This document shows positions 57,445 to 64,000 of a stretch of 64,000 nt of DNA, piece by piece. Each line of letters starts with the position of its first letter. Position 1 is the first letter of the stretch. Origin of the DNA: an uncultured bacterium (GTDB lineage Bacteria; Krumholzibacteriota; Krumholzibacteriia; WVZY01); contig CBDVBZ010000003.1 in the NCBI GenBank assembly GCA_965372355.1, forward strand, positions 26,517-90,516, in the 5' to 3' direction. A program made the translations under genes and the position numbers. The notes beneath the pieces were generated by a model. It saw only the letters and a list, made by a program, of their open reading frames with translations. It was not told the DNA's origin and did no database searches.

Positions 57445-57526
57445 GTGCCATAAGGCCATGGTGTCGCCATCTCGCCGATCATAAGTGAGTGCCAAAGCGC
57501 CATGGTGCCGCCATCTCGCCGATCAC
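57423..57526 (+). repeat. 44-bp tandem repeat, about 2.4 copies, spanning the exonuclease stop codon
   Basis: Units 57423-57466, 57467-57510, partial 57511-57526, each starting CCATCTCGCCGATCA. Confidence 0.9.
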
Positions 57527-57594
57527 CGACGATAGTGAGAGCGGCACTATACCGCTTTGGCTGACCGCATTCGGGTGGTAGAATACCGCCAATC

Positions 57595-60081
57595 ATGAAC
57601 GTCGAACAGTTTCTCACACGGCTCAAATCAACGAAATACTACGCCGGGCAGATCGTTCATACCGAACGACTCCCCGAACGCGAGGCGAAGTTCAAGGCGC
57701 TTTCGCCACCGCCACCCGACCGCGTTACGCGTATCCTCACGAAGGAAGGTATAGAGCAATTCTATACACACCAGGTCCAGTCGATCGAGAACGTCCGTGC
57801 CGGCAAGCATGCTGTGGTGGTCACGGGAACGGCAAGTGGCAAGACGATTTGTTATAACGTTCCCGTCCTCGAGTCGATACTTCAGGATCCGGACGCGTGT
57901 GCGTTGTATCTGTACCCGACAAAGGCTCTTGCTCAGGATCAGTTGCGGACCCTCCAACGTTATCAGAATATCGACGCGGCGTTGCCGCTGCGAACCGGGA
58001 CCTACGACGGCGATACGCCACCCGCCACGCGGCGAAAGCTCAAGAACGAAGCCAATGTGCTTCTCACGAACCCCGACATGCTTCACGCGGGGATTCTGCC
58101 CAATCACGGGACGTGGGCGCATTTCTTTGGCCGTCTTCGCTTCGTCGTGATCGACGAGATCCACACATACCGGGGCGTTTTTGGCTCGAACGTGAGTCAC
58201 GTAATCAACCGGTTGAATCGCATCTGCGCGCACTACGGCACAGATCCGGTGTTTATCTGTTGCTCGGCAACGATCCGCAATCCTAAAGAGCTTGCGGAAC
58301 GCCTGACGGGCAAACCGATGACGCTGGTGGATAATGACGGTGCGCCACGCGGTGAGAAGACGTTTGTTTTGTGGAACCCTCCGTTTCGCGGTGACGATCG
58401 TATGGAAAGAAAGAGCGCCAACACCGAGGCGGCCGGCATCCTCGCAGAGCTCGTCGCGGATGACCACAAGGCAATCGCGTTTGTGCGAGCGCGCGTGGTC
58501 GCCGAGGTGATCACCAAATACGTCAAAGACACGCTCGACCATTTGTCGCCGTCGCGCGCGCGGGCGATCCGATCGTATCGTGGTGGATACCTGCCGGAGG
58601 AAAGACGCAAGATCGAGCAGGCGCTATTCTCCGGCGATCTGCAGGCGGTCGTCAGCACCAACGCGCTCGAGTTGGGTATCGATGTGGGGAGCCTCGAGAG
58701 CGCCGTTCTCGTCGGCTATCCGGGGACGATCGCATCCACGTGGCAGCAGGCGGGACGCGCGGGACGTGGCAAGGAGCCTTCGCTCGTCGCCCTAGTTCCT
58801 CACGACTCGCCGATCGACCAGTACATGGCGCAGCATCCTGACTATTTCTTTGGCCGCTCGCCGGAAAACGCCGTGATCGACTCGCAGAACCCTCATGTTG
58901 TGCTCGCACAGATCCGTTCGGCGGCCTTCGAGCTGCCGATCGCAAGAAAGGATTGGGATTTCTACGGAGAGTACTGCGGTGCGATCCTGCAGATCCTCGA
59001 GGAGGATCACCAGATCAAACGCAAGCTGGACAAGTACTACTGGTCGGGCGGGAGCTACCCAGCCGCCGATGTGTCGCTACGCAACATCGGCGACAATGTC
59101 TACACGATCATAGAAGAAGCGGCGGAAAACCGCGTGATCGGCACGATCGACGAGGCGAGCGCGTACATGCAAGTTCACCCGGATGCGATTTACATGCATA
59201 TTGGCGAAACCTACTTTGTCAACTCGCTCGATCTGGAAAAGAAGATCGCCTTTGTGGAAAAGGTCGATACGGACTACTACACGCAGTCGATGACCGAGGT
59301 CAAAATCAAGATCGAAGAGGAAGAGTTCGAGAAGAAATGGCACAAGAGCGAGTGCCATTTTGGCGACTTGTCCGTTACCCAGGTCACCTACATGTTCAAG
59401 AAGATCAAGTTCGGAAGCCGCGACTCGCTGGGGTTCGGGGCACTCGATCTGCCGCCGCAGACGCTTCTCACGAGCGGCATGTGGTTGATCCCGCTCGAGG
59501 ATGCCTATATCCACGTCCGCAAGTCGGGCCGGGTGCCGCGGGAGGGGTTGTTGGGGATTTCGAATGTTATCAAGGAAGTGATCCCGCTTTTTGCGATGTG
59601 TGACACGATGGATATCGGTGCGTCGGTGGATTCATCGGCGGCCAGCGCTCCCGCGATTTTTGTCTACGACCGGTTTCCCGGCGGTCTTGGATTTGCGTAC
59701 AAGGCGTACGAGATGATCGATGACATCATGACCGCCTGTCTCGAGCTGATCGACCGCTGCCCGTGCGAGCGTGGTTGCCCGTCGTGTGTCGGGTCGCCGA
59801 TCCCACCCTTTTCACAACTCGACCCCGATGTGACCGCGCGCGGGATGATCCCCGACAAAGAGGCGGCCAGGTCGATTCTGCACGTCCTCCTGGACCGCGA
59901 GCCGTACGTGCCGTCGAAGAGCGATCGGGGAGATGAAGAAAGGGTGGCCGCCGCGGCGGAGATCGAAAAGGCCCTCCGGGAAGCCAAGAAGCTGCCCGTT
60001 TCTCTCGAGAAGAGGCTTCGCGAGCGCGTGGGCACACTCAAGCGGCCGCGTGGCAGGCGCCGGCCGAGAGCGGCGGAGTAG
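57595..60081 (+). CDS. YprA/MrfA/Hrq1-family DEAH helicase with DUF1998
   Basis: GTASGKT, DEIH, SAT, STNALELGID, QQAGRAGR, CPCERGCPSC. Confidence 0.92.
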   Translation: MNVEQFLTRLKSTKYYAGQIVHTERLPEREAKFKALSPPPPDRVTRILTKEGIEQFYTHQVQSIENVRAGKHAVVVTGTASGKTICYNVPVLESILQDPDACALYLYPTKALAQDQLRTLQRYQNIDAALPLRTGTYDGDTPPATRRKLKNEANVLLTNPDMLHAGILPNHGTWAHFFGRLRFVVIDEIHTYRGVFGSNVSHVINRLNRICAHYGTDPVFICCSATIRNPKELAERLTGKPMTLVDNDGAPRGEKTFVLWNPPFRGDDRMERKSANTEAAGILAELVADDHKAIAFVRARVVAEVITKYVKDTLDHLSPSRARAIRSYRGGYLPEERRKIEQALFSGDLQAVVSTNALELGIDVGSLESAVLVGYPGTIASTWQQAGRAGRGKEPSLVALVPHDSPIDQYMAQHPDYFFGRSPENAVIDSQNPHVVLAQIRSAAFELPIARKDWDFYGEYCGAILQILEEDHQIKRKLDKYYWSGGSYPAADVSLRNIGDNVYTIIEEAAENRVIGTIDEASAYMQVHPDAIYMHIGETYFVNSLDLEKKIAFVEKVDTDYYTQSMTEVKIKIEEEEFEKKWHKSECHFGDLSVTQVTYMFKKIKFGSRDSLGFGALDLPPQTLLTSGMWLIPLEDAYIHVRKSGRVPREGLLGISNVIKEVIPLFAMCDTMDIGASVDSSAASAPAIFVYDRFPGGLGFAYKAYEMIDDIMTACLELIDRCPCERGCPSCVGSPIPPFSQLDPDVTARGMIPDKEAARSILHVLLDREPYVPSKSDRGDEERVAAAAEIEKALREAKKLPVSLEKRLRERVGTLKRPRGRRRPRAAE

Positions 60082-60113
60082 CGGCCAAACCCCACCCACT
60101 CCCAACGCCAGAC

Positions 60114-60671
60114 TTAGTTGCTGGATTCAGGGATTGTCGAAAGCGCCTCGACGTAGGTCCGCAGGTCATCTGCCGAGAACAGAACAAAACGCACTTCGTC
60201 GAATGCGAACTGTTTGGCGAGTTCGACCACGGTAGCGAGTGCGATGGCCGCCGCCTTCTCTATCGGGAACCGGTACGCTCCCGTGCTGATCGACGGAAAG
60301 GAGACGCTTCTTGCCCCGTTTTTCGCGGCCAAGGCAAGCGAATTCCGGTAAGCGCGGGCGAGCAATTCGGGCTCGCCGCGGTCTCCACCGCTCCACACCG
60401 GGCCCACCGTATGAACGACGTACTTCGCCGGCAGCTCACCACCCGTTGTGATCACCGCGTTGCCGGTTGGACAACGACCGATCTCGGCAACAATCTCTTT
60501 GCACTCCTCGAGGATCTGAGGTCCGCCGGCGCGATGGATGGCGCCGTCGACACCTCCGCCGCCCATCAGAGTCGAGTTGGCAGCGTTGACGATGGCGTCC
60601 GTGTCCTGCTGAGTGATATCGCCCTGCATGAGGACCAGGGACGTCGCGCCGATCTTGCGTGTCGTGCTCAT
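60114..60671 (-). CDS. Macrodomain O-acetyl-ADP-ribose deacetylase (YmdB/MacroD-like)
   Basis: GDIT, AIVNAAN, GGGVDGAIH, HTVGP, SISTGAY. Confidence 0.93.
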   Translation of the reverse strand: MSTTRKIGATSLVLMQGDITQQDTDAIVNAANSTLMGGGGVDGAIHRAGGPQILEECKEIVAEIGRCPTGNAVITTGGELPAKYVVHTVGPVWSGGDRGEPELLARAYRNSLALAAKNGARSVSFPSISTGAYRFPIEKAAAIALATVVELAKQFAFDEVRFVLFSADDLRTYVEALSTIPESSN

Positions 60672-60695
60672 GTCGTGTGCACCCCTTCGATAGAC

Positions 60696-61142
60696 TCAGA
60701 GTTTATCGAGCGCCTCGGTGACGGCTTCTGACGGGGTCTGGACCTGAATGAGATCGGGCGACACATCGAAGCTGTTGAGGCTGATGACGGGGACCCCGAA
60801 CTGGAGGGCGAATGCGATCTCCGAGAGCGTGCCGGGGCCGCCCTCGATGGCAATGAGAACCCGCGCCGATTTGACAATGATTGCGTTTCTCGCGAATCCC
60901 ATCCCCGTCACGATCGGGATCATGACGTAGGGATTGGCCGACTCGTTCGAATCACCCGGGATCACACCGATCGTCAGTCCACCGGCCTCGAACGCGCCCT
61001 GGCATGCCGCTTCCATGACGCCTCCCATACCACCGCAGACGAGCGGGTAGCCGGCCTCCGCGATGCCCTTACCGACATCGTATGCAGATTGCCGGACTCG
61101 ATCCGAGCATGTGCCCGAGCCGATAACACCGATCAGGTTCAT
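60696..61142 (-). CDS. TIGR00725 / LOG-like Rossmann-fold protein
   Basis: IGVIG, CGGMGGVMEAA, TGMGFARN, GGPGTLSE. Confidence 0.88.
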   Translation of the reverse strand: MNLIGVIGSGTCSDRVRQSAYDVGKGIAEAGYPLVCGGMGGVMEAACQGAFEAGGLTIGVIPGDSNESANPYVMIPIVTGMGFARNAIIVKSARVLIAIEGGPGTLSEIAFALQFGVPVISLNSFDVSPDLIQVQTPSEAVTEALDKL

Positions 61143-61165
61143 AGGGGGATACTAGCACAACCGTG

Positions 61166-61726
61166 CTAGTCAGGTGTGACGGAAAAGAAACCTTCCGTGA
61201 TCATGCGCGATCCCGCGGCAATCCCGCTGGTTGTGTGCTCGAGTTCGATCGCCAGGTTCGAGAACGTACCCGCCGCAACGTTCTGATCGCTTATCGTCAA
61301 TTTGAAGTCTCCGGACACGGAACTTGTCGAGTAGTCGTAAGCACCCGGTTTCATCTCGCGATAGTAGAACCACGCCGCACCGGGATCGGTAAACGCATCC
61401 GTGGCATCGCTTGTGATTCTCAGATTGTGGCCCTGGTTGTTCTGCAGACGGAAACTGATCTCGATGGTGAACTCGACGCTGTCGGACACGCCTACCGCGG
61501 TCAGACGGTAGCGATCGGCGGGCGGGTCTGCGTATGTAACCGTGGTCTCGTCGTTGGGCACGCAGAGGTCGAGCGGTTGCGGAGTGCCCGATATCCGGGC
61601 GGCCACGCCCGCCCCGAACGCGCACAGCTTGTTGGGATCGGTGATTTCGTCATCACTGCAGCCACCGAGGACGGCGACCACCGCGAGAAGGGCGCTACAA
61701 ACGACGAGTTTGCAGAAGGTTTGCAT
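61166..61726 (-). CDS. Hypothetical lipoprotein
   Basis: Lipobox VLGGC after hydrophobic stretch; beta-rich mature part. Confidence 0.65.
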   Translation of the reverse strand: MQTFCKLVVCSALLAVVAVLGGCSDDEITDPNKLCAFGAGVAARISGTPQPLDLCVPNDETTVTYADPPADRYRLTAVGVSDSVEFTIEISFRLQNNQGHNLRITSDATDAFTDPGAAWFYYREMKPGAYDYSTSSVSGDFKLTISDQNVAAGTFSNLAIELEHTTSGIAAGSRMITEGFFSVTPD

Positions 61727-61825
61727 AACTTTTATATTTACAATGAGTTGAATGTGGGGGGCAGAGGGAATATAGGTGTCATAGTAGGCTAAGTCAAGGT
61801 ACAATTAGGTACGCCGGTTGGAGCA

Positions 61826-61975
61826 GACGACCCTGCGGGTCGCAGCTCAACCGGTAGCGCATGGAGCCTTTCCAGGACAGGCAGACGCGCTACGCGCGCA
61901 GCTCGAGCGGCCAGTCCCTGGTCCACACGCGCTCCCCGCGCAGCTCAACCGGCGGGGAAACCCGCGGGCCGGATC
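61826..61975. repeat. REP-like palindromic intergenic element containing CCTTTCCAGGACAGGC
   Basis: Motif at 61865-61882; CGCAGCTCAACCGG twice; CCGGTTG/CAACCGG inverted pair. Confidence 0.55.
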
Positions 61976-61979
61976 GATC

Positions 61980-62657
61980 ATGTGTTCAGACAAACCAGAG
62001 GAAGCACCCAAAGAGAGCGGAAAGGATTCGTTCGAGGCCGCACGGCTACGAATGGTGGAGGAACAAATCCGAAGTCGCGGCATCTGCGACAAACGTGTTC
62101 TCACAGCCATCGAAACGGTGCCTCGTCACCACTTTGTTGTTCCGGCCGACCGGTCATCGGCATACAACGACAACCCGCTGCCGATTGGATTTGGCCAGAC
62201 GATCTCCCAACCGTACATCGTAGCTCTAATGACCGAGGCCCTCCAGATCGGTCCGGACGACCGGGTGCTCGAGATCGGGACCGGCAGCGGCTACCAGGCG
62301 GCGATCCTCTCAAAGCTGGCGCGGGAGGTCTATTCCGTCGAGTCCATCGATACATTGGGCAGCACGGCCGGCAGGCAACTGGCGGCGATTGGGTGTGACA
62401 ACGTGCATATCAGGATCGGCGACGGTTACGAAGGGTGGGCTGAGAAGGGGCCTTTCAATAGTATTGTCGTGACGGCGGCTCCCGATAAGATCCCCGAGGT
62501 GCTCGTCGATCAGCTTCTGACGGGTGGGCGTCTGGTGATCCCCGTTGGGCGGCAATATCAGGAGCTGATTCTGCTACACAAGGAAGCGCGAGGCGTTCGT
62601 CGTGAAAAGCTGGCGAACGTGCGTTTTGTTCCAATGGTAAAGAAGCGCGACGACTAG
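61980..62657 (+). CDS. pcm: Protein-L-isoaspartate O-methyltransferase
   Basis: VPRH.F, GQTISQPY, LEIGTGSGYQAA, GDGYEGW, VRFVPM. Confidence 0.95.
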   Translation: MCSDKPEEAPKESGKDSFEAARLRMVEEQIRSRGICDKRVLTAIETVPRHHFVVPADRSSAYNDNPLPIGFGQTISQPYIVALMTEALQIGPDDRVLEIGTGSGYQAAILSKLAREVYSVESIDTLGSTAGRQLAAIGCDNVHIRIGDGYEGWAEKGPFNSIVVTAAPDKIPEVLVDQLLTGGRLVIPVGRQYQELILLHKEARGVRREKLANVRFVPMVKKRDD

Positions 62658-62670
62658 ATCGTCGCAGCGC

Positions 62671-63030
62671 TCACAGCTCCTCGCCAAGAGACGCTGTGAC
62701 GGTCGTGTGGATCCCGCCTCGCACATAGAAATCCCCGATGATCTCCATAAAGCGCGGGCTGCATACAGCGGACAAATCGTCGAGTATCTTGTTCACAAGC
62801 GCCTCGTGGAACGTCCCTTCGTTTCGGTAGGACCACAGATACAGCTTGAGCGACTTTAGCTCTATACAGAGCTCGTCGGGAATGTACCGGATGTGGATGG
62901 TCGCAAAGTCCGGTTGTCCGGTTCTCGGACAAAGGCACGTGAACTCCGGGCACTCCATGTCGATCGCGTAGTTGCGGCCCGGTTTGGGGTTGGCGAATAC
63001 CTCGAGTTTTTTTGATGGTTCGGTTGTCAT
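62671..63030 (-). CDS. queF: preQ1 synthase (7-cyano-7-deazaguanine reductase), short type I
   Basis: [32 protein letters not shown]. Confidence 0.95.
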   Translation of the reverse strand: MTTEPSKKLEVFANPKPGRNYAIDMECPEFTCLCPRTGQPDFATIHIRYIPDELCIELKSLKLYLWSYRNEGTFHEALVNKILDDLSAVCSPRFMEIIGDFYVRGGIHTTVTASLGEEL

Positions 63031-63037
63031 GCGCGTG

Positions 63038-63066
63038 ATTCTACAGAGCACACCCAAAAAAAGCAA
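63038..63066 (-). promoter_or_regulatory. sigma70 promoter of queF, probably giving a leaderless mRNA
   Basis: Minus strand TTGCTT-N17-TAGAAT ending 7 nt before ATG; no Shine-Dalgarno. Confidence 0.6.
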
Positions 63067-63154
63067 GCGATAGCAGGTGTTTGCCATCATATGATAGACT
63101 CACGAGGCATGCTGAATATATGATAGTGATTCTCAGACGACTGGTTTTGATTCC

Positions 63155-64000
63155 ATGCGAAAAAAATCATCACATCATACCGCCGTTGTGTTCGATCGTT
63201 ACACGGGACCCGCCTCTGAAGACATCGCGAAGTTCGTAAAAGCGATCGTCGCAGCGCTGAAAGAGGACGGCGACGTATTGAGTTTGTGTTTGGACGGCGC
63301 GGCCCCGGGCGGCGATGGTCGCTCGCACTCCGGACGTTCGATCGCGAGGGGAGTCCGGGCGACCGTGAGCGCCTTCCAACCCGATCTCGTCATCTACGTG
63401 CCATCCCCCCGACCGATGCTATCGACGTTCTATCGTGGGTTCACACTGCGAAGGGCCGCCCCCGACGCCAACCACGTGATGTTTCCCCTGGTTCCTCTTA
63501 TGGAAACGAGGCATCCTGCGGCGCTGCTGAGGAGGTTGTACCCGGGGCTGATTCTGGTGTCCTCGTACAGGTCGCTGCTCTCTCTGTCGCGACTATCGTT
63601 GGATGGTGAGGTTGTGCCTTTCGGTGTGGATCCGACCTGTTATCGGCCGGCCACCGATGACGAGAGATCCGAGGTGAGAAAACGCCACGGAATCGATGAG
63701 AATACGTTTGTTTTCTTGCTCGGATCGAAGAGCCATGCCGACGCTCGGGAAGTGATCGCGGCGCTCGGAGATGATATCAAGATCGTTGATGGCCCCCATC
63801 AGCGGTCGGTTGATTCGCCCTCAGGTCGCAGGCGGCGGCGGACATCTAAAACCGAGGATCCGCGGGAATGGTACACACTCGCCGACTGTTTCGTTTTCGC
63901 GGACAAAGACGTAAACCAGTCGATCGAGATTCCGATGGGTGTGGTCGAGGCGCTCGCGTGTGGAGTGCCGGTTCTCACGACGCCTTTTGGCGGACTTCGG
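63155..64000 (+). CDS. GT4 (GT-B) glycosyltransferase, runs off the window; absent from the ORF track
   Basis: Open frame from ATG 63155 to the end: FQPDLVIY, FGVDP..YRP, ADCFVF...EIPMGVVEALACGVPVLTTPFGG. Confidence 0.8.
   Translation, partial: MRKKSSHHTAVVFDRYTGPASEDIAKFVKAIVAALKEDGDVLSLCLDGAAPGGDGRSHSGRSIARGVRATVSAFQPDLVIYVPSPRPMLSTFYRGFTLRRAAPDANHVMFPLVPLMETRHPAALLRRLYPGLILVSSYRSLLSLSRLSLDGEVVPFGVDPTCYRPATDDERSEVRKRHGIDENTFVFLLGSKSHADAREVIAALGDDIKIVDGPHQRSVDSPSGRRRRRTSKTEDPREWYTLADCFVFADKDVNQSIEIPMGVVEALACGVPVLTTPFGGLR

Noticed and set aside
57423-57526. Possible mini-CRISPR array
   Set aside because: Whole 44-bp units repeat with no unique spacers, overlap a CDS end, and no cas genes are present
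57595-60081. DUF1998 helicase as DISARM/Druantia/Dpd defence component
   Set aside because: Architecture and YprB partner fit the MrfA/Hrq1 repair family; no methylase, PLD or other defence partners nearby
8726-60095. Long antisense ORFs (e.g. 8726-10015, 11078-12424, 25129-26103, 35660-36841, 54047-55429)
   Set aside because: Shadow frames of well-supported genes in GC-rich DNA; no motifs or RBS
63031-63154. preQ1 riboswitch upstream of queF
   Set aside because: No recognisable preQ1 aptamer and the promoter abuts the start codon
1-64000. tRNA (including tRNA-Sec), rRNA, integrase or transposase
   Set aside because: No cloverleaf/T-arm consensus, rRNA signature or recombinase motif recognised by eye; tRNAscan-SE/Aragorn would be decisive

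Overview
GC-rich bacterial chromosomal window, mostly housekeeping and envelope genes. I recognised no rRNA, tRNA, CRISPR array, transposase or prophage gene. FlgD-Ig/T9SS-like C-terminal domains, a PorX-type regulator and a Bacteroidetes-type LptD suggest an FCB-related lineage such as Latescibacterota/Krumholzibacteriota (inference). In order, the window holds: pyrF; an ion-transporter permease; two beta-propeller lipoproteins flanking a LIM-domain/DA1-type metallopeptidase; a nucleotide-sugar/Wzx/WecA cluster; an apparently inactive HemC homologue before serS; HK-porX-tsaE-tsaB-rimI-PNP; accD-folC-ROK-LptD; HU; a broken secreted FlgD-domain gene; CBS/CGL; two small Zn-binding genes; a degenerate hybrid kinase; a heterodimeric ABC exporter, then nucleotidyltransferase-like, tusA and UGA(Sec)-containing selD; M23 and M14 peptidases; a GT-C/TPR protein; MrfB/MrfA-like exonuclease and helicase; macrodomain; LOG-like; pcm; queF; a partial GT4. 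The strongest leads are the LIM-DA1 peptidase, the pseudo-HemC, a covarying structured intergenic repeat family, the LptA-like/LptD fusion, the kinase-coupled PorX operon and the NTase-TusA-SelD(Sec) unit. All family calls come from motif recognition by eye, not database searches.
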